Source of the DNA: Callorhinchus milii
Lineage: Eukaryota
Assembly (NCBI RefSeq): GCF_018977255.1
Contig: NW_024704742.1
Location: 65,102,001 to 65,166,000, forward strand
Reading direction: 5' to 3'
DNA length: 64,000 nt
The notes beneath the pieces are model-generated. The model saw nothing but the letters and a program-made list of their open reading frames with translations. It searched no databases and had not been told where the DNA came from. The position numbers were made by a program, and so were the translations under genes. Of this stretch, positions 49,673 to 61,195 are shown one piece after another (positions within the stretch are counted from its first letter, which is position 1; each line of letters opens with the position of its first letter).

Positions 49673-52600
49673 TGAGAAGGAAATCTAGAGTCATTTATGA
49701 TACACATATGGTCAATAAACTGGTTATTACTGTCTCATTCGCTTTACTGGAAGTATCAGGACATTAAACACGGTGTGAAGTGAAGAGACACTAGTAAATC
49801 TGGATCTATACACGAATAGTATCATTGTACAGATTCTATGATAGAAAATTGCATTTTTCATTGCGGCGGTGAAGACAGACAGCATAATCATTAATATACA
49901 TTCAAGAATCCTCATTGTGGATATTGTAAAGTAAAAATATAAATGAAGCTGTGCAACGTTGGTTGAAAATTCACAGAAACGATCAGTAATAAAATAAATA
50001 TTAATGTAAAGAAGCTACCACTCTGTCAGACTATGTTAAATACTATACAAAGGCAGTATACTGCACACTATGAATGCCATAAACCTCGGTGAACAGAAGC
50101 AATCCTTTCAAGCTAAGAATCAAGAAGAGGATTTTCCAAGATAATATTAACTATTGCATACTACAGATTGTTAATGTATAATTTAAATATTTGGTATTGT
50201 AGTGGAGGTCTCATGGTTCTTTGCCCATCATACAAAAATCAGTTCTCTTTAAAAGGACACAATTTTCTATTCATTTCAATAATAATAAATTATAATACAT
50301 CATTACTATCTTCTTTTCTGTGCATAAGATTCACAATTTACATTACTTAAAGTCACTTTAAATTACTGCAGTTAACTATTTAATAAAAGCCCTAAATATA
50401 GTATACAATACTTGCACAAAAAGATCAAGCAAATAATTTTTTATAATGGTGAAAAGTAGGTCAAACGGTTTAGCAAGCTGCAATTTAAGGAAAATACAAA
50501 TGACAAAGGAAACTAGTTACAAAGATATACTCTCCAAACTCATCTCATTTAAAGGATTACCTGGCATCCAATCAGATAGATTTTGGAATCATACAAAGCG
50601 AAAATCAAAAATTCAGACATTTAACTGAAGCAAAATAGCTAAGCAAAGCATTCAATATCTAACACAAAATTGTGTCATTTGTAAGACAATGTACACAAAA
50701 TCTTGCAGACTGCCAAAAGGCATTACAGTACAATAGTAAATAGCTTTCAAAGCAAGTAAATTGTGCTTGCATTTATGACTAAATCTATGGCGAAACTTTA
50801 AAAATCCTTTTTTCTAGAGATATTTTGGATTGGAAATAGAAATAGAAGTAAAAAGAAAACTATTATGTTTTTTCCTCTGGAATGCTACCCTGCTTGAGGG
50901 GGTGCCATATAAATGCAAGTTGTTGTTCAAAAAGACTTTCTCCTACAAAATACAGTCAATTCACTTTACAGTATATTCGGTGAAGCGCTTTGAGACGTCT
51001 CGAAGACGTGATGAGGCACTATATCAAATGCGAGGATTATTATTATTATTTATCACTACTTGTAACTTGACACATTCATACTTGTTGGATGCAATACAAC
51101 TGAGCTATGTGTAAATCTAATACGTCTGCCCAACTCTTTTGAACAATCGCTTTTTACTTTCATTTACCAATTTTAACTCTCATGAGAGTTGCCTTAATTT
51201 GGATGATGGAGTCAAAGAAGTTTCAAAGGCTGCTAAAGTTTCTAAACAAACTTTTCTTTTCACATTAGTCCACCACAGTTTCATCCCCTCCCCCATTATT
51301 GATCCCTTGTTTAGGAAGCTGTTTTAGTTATACACATGCAATCCATCTCTAACTGGAATACTGGATTCAACTAATTTAATCCAAATTAAAACTCAATGCA
51401 AACTGCAGAAAAATTGCATTAGTAAATGATGCTTTAAACTAAGATTAGCACTAGCTTCAAAGTAAATATCAAAACCTATCTGTATTTATCCTTGTGAACT
51501 TCTTGTACCCCAGTCTCTTGCTCCCCCTCTCTATTCGGCTAACTCAAACCTGCTGTGTCCCCCACCACACCATTAGTGGCCTCACCACTAGGAACTACAC
51601 TCCTAAGCTCTGGAACTCCTAACTCTCTATCCTTCCTTGGCCATCCATACACCTTTGAATTCTGCCTAAAAATCTAACTCTTCAACTGCATCTATGGTCA
51701 CCTTCCATCTCCCACTTGCTCAGCGTACAATCCAGTCTTTATGAAGCACACCAAAGATGGTACCCTATGTGAAGGACACCATGTAAATTCAAGCTGTTGG
51801 ACAATGAATATCTAAATATTTTAAAGCCTAAAACATGTAAGTGCAAAGGAAGCTATTGTCAGTAGTTCCTGAGTAACAGTTTTCATTGAAAATCACCCAT
51901 AACCTTTTGGTAGTAATATTTTGTAATTCTTCTTCAAAGCAGTTTACTCTAAAGTAATATTTGGACAGATGAGGAGGCAGTAACTGGAAATATTACAGTA
52001 CAATAATAAGTGAAAAGCTCATAAATTATACAAGCACGATTCTATACAGATCTGCAGATACAACTGTTCTCATTGCGAATACCAACTCACTGACCAATCA
52101 AAAGTGAAAAAGCATCTGAGATAACTGGGAGAATATGAATTGGAAAATTCCAAATAACCAAACATTAGATTGATTCCTGCAAATCCAGAAAATAAAGCCC
52201 TAATATATCTGAAACTGAAAATGTGATGCATTGTGTTCCTCAACAAGCCACAATTCATGTCAGCCACTTAAAAAAAGGTTTCAACAATTATTTCGATTCC
52301 AAGTTTTTTTTAAAAAAACCATAAAAGGATAAACAAATGGCAAACGAACAACCAACACTGGAGTTTGTAAACAGCAAAAAAAAAAGGGCAACTCGTGTCC
52401 AGGTTTGCCCACAGATACAGATCCATCCCACTCGGGAGTTTGAAGGATTACTTTCAGGTACCGAGGCCTACAGGCACAGGCTGGAGTTTACAACGCCCTG
52501 TCTGTCTGTCTCACCCTCCACACCCCACAGGCAGTCAGTCAGTCAGTCAGTCAGTGCCTGTGCTTTTCTTCACCACCGCCACACACAGCACCGACGCCAG

Positions 52601-52778
52601 AGCGGGGCTCGGTGGCCACATAGGCCATGGCTTGGGGCTGACTGGATATTTTAGGATATCATATACACACACACACACACACACATATATATACAGTATA
52701 TATAAAACCCTTCCCCCACCGACAGCCCCTGACGGCGGGCGGGCGGGCGGGCGCGCTATTTGAGAAGCTGCCCATTAC

Positions 52779-52922
52779 CTCCCCGTGCAAGGTGCCGTTG
52801 GTGCCGCCGCTGTTCCCATGGCTGGAGGAAGGCGTCAGGGGTTTTTGTTGACGGCTCACTGTCTTGCCACCGCCCCGCTTATTTTTCCTCCTTTTGGCTC
52901 GCTTCGCGTCGGCCGGACTCAT
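52779..52922 (-). CDS. FAM193A: FAM193A first coding exon (48 codons, phase-0 donor); remaining exons presumably lie left of the window
   Basis: Translates MSPADAKRAKRRKNKRGGGKTVSRQQKPLTPSSSHGNSGGTNGTLHGE, matching the recalled N-terminus of the long vertebrate FAM193A isoform (MSPADAKRGAKRRKNKRGGG...). ATG context GAAACATGA, ends at GAG|GTAATG, lies in a CpG island. Confidence 0.85.
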
Positions 52923-53283
52923 GTTTCCCCTCTTTCTTTCACTCGGATCGTCGTAGATCAGCTCGATCTACTTTAAGGAGGGAGGAGGAGGAGGGGGGGA
53001 GAGAGGGGGAGAGAGAGAGAGAGAGAGAGAGGAGGACGACGAGGGGAGGGGGGGGGGGGGGGAGAGAAAAAAAAGACAAAAAAAATCGTCTTGCCGGCGT
53101 TTCCCGGGGACTCGAACCGCAACTCTGTCTGTATTTACATATATAAAATGTAGGTGCGCGTGTGTACAGGTAATAATTTTTTATGTATATATTTTTTTAA
53201 ACACAAAAAAAAGAGAGAAAGCCACGACCAGAAGTGCACACCTCGGCTCGGCGCCTCTCACTGACAGGACCGGACCTGCTTCC

Positions 53284-53294
53284 AATATGGCGGC
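53284..53294 (+). promoter_or_regulatory. YY1 motif AATATGGCGGC
   Basis: Matches the AANATGGCGGC consensus; typical TSS-proximal position in a CpG island. Confidence 0.6.
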
Positions 53295-53521
53295 CACTCC
53301 GGGACCCTATCCCGGCAGCCCCTGCGCGCACTCCCCAGCCGACCTGCGCGCGCAATCATTCCCTCTCCTCCACCCACCCCCCCCCCCTCCGCACACGCGC
53401 GCGCGCGGCTCCCGCCCTCCGCGCGAGCTCCCATCCCCGGCCGCCGCCGCCGCCTCTCACAGATGCTCTTGCGCTGCCCAGTGCGCCTGTGCGCAGCAAC
53501 CCTTTCTCCGCCCCCGCCGCT

Positions 53522-53542
53522 GTGCACGCCGGGATTTGTAGT
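53522..53542 (-). promoter_or_regulatory. ZNF143/Staf (THAP11-associated) SBS motif ACTACAAATCCCGGCGTGCAC
   Basis: Reverse complement matches the ACTACAnnTCCCAnnATGC consensus with few mismatches. Confidence 0.65.
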
Positions 53543-53739
53543 ACGTTTCCTCCATTTCCATCCTCTTACAGCGTTTGCCCCCTCCCCGTTTCTCTTTTCT
53601 TAAAACCCTCGCACACCTGCTGCTGCCGGTGGCGGGCTCGTTCCCTTTTCTACCGCCCCCCCACCATTCTCATTTTTTTATGGTTTATTAATTGGTCTAT
53701 GCATTCTTCCCCACAGTCGGCCCCCATGGATGTTGATGA

Positions 53740-53760
53740 ACCACAATTCCCATGATGCCC
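53740..53760 (+). promoter_or_regulatory. Second ZNF143/Staf SBS motif ACCACAATTCCCATGATGCCC
   Basis: Near-consensus SBS in the opposite orientation to the first; an NRF1-like TGCGCACGCGC follows at ~53786. Confidence 0.6.
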
Positions 53761-54624
53761 CGCAAAGTCCCAGCCCGCCGCGGTCTGCGCACGCGCCCCT
53801 CGCAGTTTGCCTGGTGGGAGGGGGGGGTTTGCAGATTGTAGTTTCTTTGTGTTTCAGAGCATTTCTCTCTGTGTCTCGAATTGCATTGTGTTCCACCAAT
53901 GTGTGTTCAGATACCCTATACCCATTTTTTTTCTTGCAATTTACACATATTATCACTGCTTCAAATAGGAAACAGCTATAATGAGAGACTGCAGGAACCA
54001 GTTGACACAATTTTCATCTTACTGGGGAAATTGTGCCAACCGGTGAGGGCTGCGGTGCCTGGGGGGGCGGGGGGGGGGGGAGGAACAGTAATAATCCTTG
54101 CAATTGATAAGGAACCTCTTGTGAGAAAGACTCAGCGCTCCACAGGATTTGCTATAAGATGTAGAGATTTGTATATTTTTCACAAATGTCACAAATGTCA
54201 GACGAAGACAAATTTAACATCTTATCCGAAGGATATCACTTCCAAGAATGTGGCGAACCTCCCTGCACTGCAATGAGTGTGAGCCTAGGCTATATAAGTC
54301 CTGACATCCTGTGGAGTAATAGTGCATAATCATCTCTAACGACGCTGAGAGTGGTGGCACTATTTGAAAAGAGAAGAGAGTTTCTCCTGTTGTCTTGGAA
54401 CAACAGTACGCCAAATAAAATGGTTCGCAAATGGAATCTAAGGCTTAGGAACAGTGGCGGTAAAGGATGCTCTGAAAGCTTCTGTCTGAAGGGTTAAATT
54501 GACTTGTATTTCAATCATATTGTGGGCTCTTACATGCACTAGAATTTTATCTTATTTTATTAGAATTTTATCTGCCTTGGTGTAAGACAGCATAAAGGTC
54601 TGGAGAGAATAAGCTGAACCATAA

Positions 54625-54787
54625 TATATTTTTTAGGGATTATTATCCCCGGAAAAGCCATCCGCCAATCGACTAACAACCGGGTTCCTACTTACTGCTA
54701 GGTAAACAGAGGCGTGTGGAGTAAGGAAACTTGCCCAACATTTCGTCCTGCCGGGAATAGAACCAAGGTCTCTCGCTTGCAAGGCAA
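54625..54787 (-). mobile_element. SINE family A long-form 5' half
   Basis: Well-preserved head and central segment; 3' half absent. Confidence 0.85.
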
Positions 54788-55177
54788 ATTATGCTTTACC
54801 CCAAGCTTGTTCATTTCTCTACCAACCCTTCAATTGATAATCTTTTATAGAATTTGGGATCTGATTGTTTTCAGTATCATTTAACTCTTTTGAATCTGAT
54901 TTAGCAAAAACCCTCTGTACATACTATAGAGGCCTCAGAAACATTCTGGTCCCGATATTTGTTGTTCATTAATTAAGCTGTGTTCGCATTGCCTCACCGT
55001 GTTCCTTTTTTTAAACTCTTAGAACCTTTCTCCTCATTGACTACAAGTGGCCATGGCTCGCCTACATCCCTGCCTGCATATTACAGATTAAAATCACGCA
55101 TGATCTCCTGAAGTATTGTAGCGTACATATCCCGGGTTACGTAAACCTCTAGGAAGAGATACCTCAGAAAATACCTT

Positions 55178-55552
55178 GTGGAGTCCTGTAGTGTATTGGT
55201 TAGAGCACTCGCCTCACAAGCGAGAGGACCTGAGTTCAATTCTCAGGCCCAGCGAAACCTTAGGCAAATTTCTTACTCCCACACCTCTGTTTACTTAGCT
55301 GTAAGTAGGAACCCGGTTGTTAGCCGTTTGGCAGATTGCTTTTCCAGGGGTAATAATCCTTCCAAAAAAAAATAATTTGGGGACTCAATCCACAACTGCT
55401 TGTGCAAAACTGCTGTGCACAATTGGCTGCCGTGTTTTGCCCACAAAATATATACAATCAATTCACTTTACAGTATATTCTGTGAAGCGTTTTGAGACAT
55501 CTCGACAACGTGGTAAGGTGCTATATTAAATAGAAGGATTAGTATTATTATC
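55178..55552 (+). mobile_element. SINE family A, long form (tRNA-Val-like head)
   Basis: GTAGTGTATTGGTTAGAGCACTCGCCTCACAAGCGAGAGG head; full body and tail. Confidence 0.9.
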
Positions 55553-56640
55553 ATGACTGTTTGTAGGACATTGCTGTGCTTGCACTAATCACTGCATTTG
55601 CCCACAAATACAAAGTCATAGTAAAATTCTGTGAAGCACTTTGAGATGTCTCAATCATGTGATAATGTGGTATATCAAATGAAAGTATTATTATTACTTG
55701 AGTGAATTACTTATCCAGATATTAAAAAAACTATTATGTTCTTATGTTCTCTTTACCAGTTGCGGTCATGATTTGTAAAATTTACTCGCGTTGAATTGGG
55801 GTAAAATAAACACATAATAATATAATAATAATAATATAGAATAAAAATGCTGTTTACTACAGCATTTTTGGTGTTTACTACAATTCTTTGTTGAGTTTCT
55901 GTGTTCCATGAAACATCAGATCAAGAAAATATAAAATATATTAGAGGCCCAACAGTTATTTGAACAGTACAATTAATAGTGATATAACAACAACTTGCAT
56001 TTATATGGTGCCCTACATGCCGAAAGGCATCTCGGAGCACTTACATTTCTTACAAGAAATGTAGGATATACATTAAAATAACACGAACCACAACTCCCAG
56101 AGTACAGTGCATTTTAAATCCACCAAAAATGCTGCAGATACTCACTTGCCACATTGTCTACCATAACTTGGTGACTCCTGGACTCTGGTTGCAAACTTAG
56201 TTTTTCCATTATGGAATCTGATCCCGATGATCTCACCTTTCAATTTGATGGGGTTTGAATGTTCCTGTAGCACAAAGACAATTTTGCGTCAGTGACGTCA
56301 GTGTGGTTCAGTCAGTAGCACTTACACCTCTGAATCAAAGGGGTGTAGGTTCAAGCCCCACATCAGGTCTTGGAACTCATATAGTCCAGGCTGATAATCC
56401 AATGCAATGCTGGGCGTGTGCTACATTGTTGGAGGTACTGTCCTTCAGATGAGATATTTAAGACAAGATCCCAACTGTTCAGTTGGATATTAAAGATACC
56501 ATGATGCTATGTGGGAAGAGAGGGACTTTGTACCTGCATTCTGGCCAACAAATCCACAAAATAAAATTTGTCATTCACTTTGTGCCTTTTTCTAGCACAT
56601 TGCTGCGTGTTAATTGGCTGCCTGTGTTCACCCACAAAAT

Positions 56641-58101
56641 ATAATAATAATTCTTGCATTTTGAAGACACCTTATCACATCTTTGAGAAGTCTCAAAGTG
56701 CTTCACAGGAAAGAGTGTAAAGTCATAGTTATCCAACTGCCTCTGCTTCATCTCGGCAAATGGTTTCTCCTCCCGCCCCCACCCAGTCACCTGCGGGGTA
56801 CCCCATGGCTCCATCCTTGGCCTTCTTCTTTTCCTCATCTATATGCTCCCTCTTGGCGATATCATCCTCAGACACGCAGTAAACTTCCACATGTATGCGG
56901 ATGCCGCACAAATCTACTTTGCCTCCTCCAGCTGCGACTCCAGATCCACCGATATTCTATCAGCTTGTCTGGCAGACATCAGGGCCTGGATGAGTGCAAA
57001 CTTCCTGCGGCTGAATGTTGACAAGACGGAAGCCATACTGCTTGGCTCCCGTCAATGTCTTCACTCTTGCAGATCTAAACTCAATCTCCCTGGGCTCTCC
57101 CTCAGACTCACCGAACCAGTGCACAATCTAGGCATCCGGTTCGAAACCCAGCTGTCCCTCCTTTCCCACATGAGGTCCCTGACCAGGACCACCTTCCTTC
57201 ACCTCTGCCACATTGCCCGCGTCTGACTGTATCTTACCCCAAATGCAGCCGAAACCCTCGTGCAACCGTTTGCCACCTCCCATCTGGATTACTCAAACGC
57301 ACTCCTCACCTGTCTCCCAAGCTCCACTATTCAAAAAATCCAGTTCATTCAGAATTCTGCTGCCCGCATACTGATACCCGGACCAAACTCCGTACCCACA
57401 TCTCACCAGTTCTCGGCAGGCTCCACTGGCTCCACATCACCGAACTGATCAACTTCAAGATCCTCAGAATTGGTTTCAAATCCATTCACTCTCTGGCACC
57501 TCCCTACCTCTCCGACCTCCTCCAGTCATCCGCTCGACAGGCATCAGCCTCCTAATTTCCCTCGGACCCTCCGCTCCACCATTGGAGTTCACACATTCAG
57601 CCACTATGCCCCAAAACTCTGGAACTCTCTCCCTCACTTGCCCCACTCTTCCATTTTTCAAATCCCACCTGAAAACCTTCTTTTTCGACCATGCTTACAG
57701 TCACCTCCCTCCCCCCCATCTTGGAGTCAGGCTCTGTCACTGTTAAGTGCTCTGAAATGCTACCCTGTGTGGAGAGCGCTATATAAGTGCAAGTTGTTGT
57801 TGTTTTTATCGTAAAGTGAATCGGCTGTATATTTTGTGGGCGAATCGCAGGAGCCAATTGCGCACAGCAGTGTCCAACACACAGTTGTGGATTGGGTGAC
57901 CAAATTATTATTACTTTTAAGGAATTATTACCCCCAGAAAAGCGATCTGCCAATTGACTAACAACCATTTGCCTACTTCCTGCTAGGTAAACAGGTGTGT
58001 GGAGTAAAGAAACTTGCTCAACATTTCGCCTTGTTGGGAATCGAACACAGGTCTCTTGCTTGCGAGGCGAGCGCTCTAACCATTGAGCTACAGCACTCCA
58101 C
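56641..58101 (-). mobile_element. SINE family A long form split by an L2 (parts 57811-58101 and 56641-56723)
   Basis: Head and body at right, tail at left; GTAAAGT duplicated around the L2. Confidence 0.8.
56724..57806 (+). mobile_element. L2 family C 3' fragment
   Basis: FHMYADAAQIY..WMSANFLRLNVDKTE; family-C tail; TSD GTAAAGT at 56717-56723 and 57811-57817. Confidence 0.92.
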
Positions 58102-58909
58102 TTTGCTATATGCCCTATGAAGCCCTTTGAGATGTCCTCTGAAAGTGAAAGGAGTTATATCAAACGTAAAGATTAATCTTAGTAAATATCTAATACAAAA
58201 AAGACAAGGGCAGCAGGAGAAATGTAAGAATTTTAGGGTTTTTATGGTTCATCATAAAATCAAAGAATTATACAGCACAGAAGGAGGCCAATTGGCCCAT
58301 CATGTCTGTGCCATTGTTTGCAATAGGTACTGTACAATCATTGATTTAAGAGTACATTGCTTAATATATTTTAGTTGAAAATTTGTTATCTCCATTCACT
58401 ACTTACTAATTTTAAACTAGAGTACAAAAGTAACATTTTAAAAATGTAGAAAAGTACATCTGCGCTAATTCAAAGATTATAAAAAATGTGAGCATGGAAA
58501 TAAGCCACTCAGCCCAACCAGTCCGTGCTAGAATTTACACCCCACGAGAGTCTTCACCCATTCCGTTACTCCCTCCCATATCCTTCTATTCCCCTCGCTC
58601 CCTAACTCCATTCTATGAGAGTATCTCACACATGCTTCTTAGTTTATTATCTCATAAAGGATGAATGTAGAAGACCAGAAAACAAAGAAGATCTCCTAAA
58701 TGCATAATTTCTAGAAGGTCTCCAAAGAGGACAGTAGTGGCAAAAAAGTAAATATCTGTTTCCAACATTTGACCCAATCCACCATCCTTCTTGAAAGTGA
58801 TAGAATCATAGACATTGTTGAAGAGGAATTTATTGATCAGACTATTATATTAACAAAAAAGATGTAAATCTAAGATCAAGATCCAAAATATACGTCAAAG
58901 CTTAACAAC

Positions 58910-59080
58910 TCAACAACAACAAAATCACATTTTTAGAGCGTCTTTCACGTCGGGAGGACGTCCCAAGGTGCTGGACAGTCAGGGGTATGAGCATGGGGGA
59001 GGGGTGGGGGAGGGGTGAGGAAAGGCAAAGAGGTGGGAGGGAGACTGAAGGCACGATCGAAGAGGAGGGTCTTGAGACCA
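58910..59080 (-). mobile_element. L2 family A 3' end
   Basis: Tail and 3'UTR close to the 12681 copy. Confidence 0.85.
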
Positions 59081-59479
59081 ACTTAAGCCTTAGATAGGCT
59101 CAAGAAAGTTAAAAACCTCCTTCAAAAGCTATTCACTTTGATTGCATAGATTTCTGGGGTTTCTGAAAACTATCTGACAAATTAAGGTTCATATACAGTA
59201 TTTTGATTGCTTTTGTTAACTCTGAGTTGTAAGTACCATCCTCAAGGATTCCAATTCAAACTCCAAGAGTTTCCCTTTAGGCAATGCTGCAGAAGCAAAT
59301 GGAAACAATAGTGAATGAGAAGATAATTTTACCTATCAATTACAACAAGCTGTTATCTGATTACCAGAAAAAGGTAATCCAGATCAATATGTTAGGATGC
59401 ACCAAGACAGGAGAAGAAGATACATAAGTTTAGAATTGTAATGGGCAATTTCAAGACAGGTGGCAGTTTTCTTTACTCA

Positions 59480-60010
59480 ATAGATAATTAACAACTGGAA
59501 TAGGTCGAAGCCAGGACATTGGACTCGTTAAAATGCACCTTGATGCTGTGATGGGGGAGATGTTAGGATGGGTGTGCTGGAAGGATGAGATCAGATAGGC
59601 CAAAGGGAATTCCTCATTCAAACCAATCTTGTGATATAGAGGCAGAGAGATAGAAATGGGTGTCACCCATGTAGATGTGGCAGTGGACCTCTTGCTTGAG
59701 ATGGTATAACCAAGGGGGAGCATAAAGATGGTGAAAAGAAATGGACTGCAGTTAGAGCCCTGAGGAACTCCGCATGTGACAGGAAGAAAACCCATTGGAA
59801 GAGATAAAATGAAAGTGTTGGGTCATCATCTCAAGTAAGAGTGAAACCACAAAAGTACAGAAATGGGGAAGTGGAGCAGGGAAGAGAGATGGTAGAGAAG
59901 GTTGGAGTGGTTGATGGTGTCAAAAGTGGCAGAGAGATTGAGGAGAACAAAGAGGCTAAAGGAGCCTTGGTCACAGATGGAAAAAATGTTGTTGACTTCA
60001 ACTGGTCCAG
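59480..60010 (-). mobile_element. Old L2 RT-core fragment
   Basis: LLNLSATFDTINH and TCGVPQGS motifs. Confidence 0.8.
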
Positions 60011-60199
60011 TAAAAAATAATATTTGTAATGAATGTTTGGATTTTTTGGTCAGTTGCGTGTCGCACACATGTGAAAGCCCATCACCAAGCTTAAGAGTAT
60101 CCAAACTGGACTGTGAATGGCGATGAAGAGCAGGAAATCTGACTGATTTTCCCCTTCTGAGCCCAGGTTCTCTTATGTCAACTGTAGCACCCTAAATAA

Positions 60200-60585
60200 C
60201 TATAAGCCTTTCATTTGATATAACTCCTTATCACGTTGTCAAGATATCTCAAAGCATTTCACAGGATATACTGTAATGTGGATTAACTGTATATTTTGTG
60301 GGTGAAACACGGCAGTCAGTTTGCGCACAGCAATATCCCACAAACAGTTATGGATTGAGTGACCAATTTTATTTGGGGAATTGTTGACCAGGACTCTGGG
60401 AAGGAGAAACACCACTCTCTTTTCAAATAGTGCCATGAGATCTTTAATGTTCACCTGACAAGGCGGACGAGATCTTGGTTTAAAGTCTCATCCAAAGGAT
60501 GGCACTTCTGACAATGCAACACTCCCCACCCTCCAGCACTGCATTGGTTCTGTCAACTTAGACTACGTGATTCCAAGTGCCAATG
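60200..60585 (-). mobile_element. DeuSINE family B, 5' truncated
   Basis: Deu domain and tail on the minus strand. Confidence 0.78.
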
Positions 60586-60876
60586 TGTTAGTCTGGTTGA
60601 GATCAGTAACTTGTCAACAATGCAATTGTGCAGACTGAATAGTCTGATCTTTTTACGTCTTGTCCCTTTTATTTAACAATTTGGAGATTTCAGCTTCTTC
60701 TCATCCAAATGTACCCTGGATATAAACCACCTGACTTTACTGAGTCTCTCTGGCCTTTCTTTATTAAGAATTATTACATTTATTCCCAGATGTAACCACT
60801 GCCAGGTTTTTTTTGGTAAGCCAGGTGCCTGAAACACGTGGAAACCCATCAACATGCTCAAGAGTATCTAAACCAC

Positions 60877-61195
60877 AGTCCTGTAGCTCAGTGGTTAGAG
60901 CACTCGCTTTGCAAGTGAGAGACCTGAGTTCAATTCCAGGCAGAGGGCGAAACCTTGGGCAAGTTTCCTTACTCCACACACCTGATAATAATCCCTCCAA
61001 AAAACAAAACAATAATAAATTGGTCATTTTCAATCCATGACTGTTTGTGGGACATTGCTGTGCGCAATTGGCTGCTGTGTTTGCCCACAAATATACGGTC
61101 AATTCACTTTACAGTATATTCTGCGAAGCGCTTTGGGATGTCTAGAAAACATGAAAAACACTATATCAAATGTAAGGATTATTATTATTATTATT
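60877..61195 (+). mobile_element. SINE family A, short form
   Basis: TSD TAAACCA at 60869-60875 and 61195-61201. Confidence 0.93.

Larger units (their letters stand above)
1..52778 (-). other. FAM193A: Presumed FAM193A intron 1 (>52 kb, runs off the window)
   Basis: Follows the GT donor; no FAM193A-like coding exon recognised downstream; content is repeats plus AT-rich unique DNA. Confidence 0.65.
52540..53810. promoter_or_regulatory. CpG island: FAM193A promoter, 5'UTR and exon 1
   Basis: Sharp rise in GC and CpG density against an AT-rich, CpG-poor background; GC boxes (CCCGCCC), GCGCGC runs and a (CT)n tract in the presumed 5'UTR. Confidence 0.9.
56296..58180 (+). mobile_element. DeuSINE family B split by nested SINE A and L2 (parts 56296-56640 and 58102-58180)
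   Basis: Head and Deu body on the left; tail CTTTGAGATGTCC..GTGAAAGGAGTTATATCAAA on the right. Confidence 0.72.

Noticed and set aside
52659..52778. Extension of the FAM193A ORF to 87 aa
   Set aside because: Continues past a good GT donor into (GGGC)n and (CA)n intronic repeats.
53234..53755. 173-aa Pro/Ala-rich ORF in the CpG island
   Set aside because: Non-ATG start; typical stop-poor GC-rich artefact.
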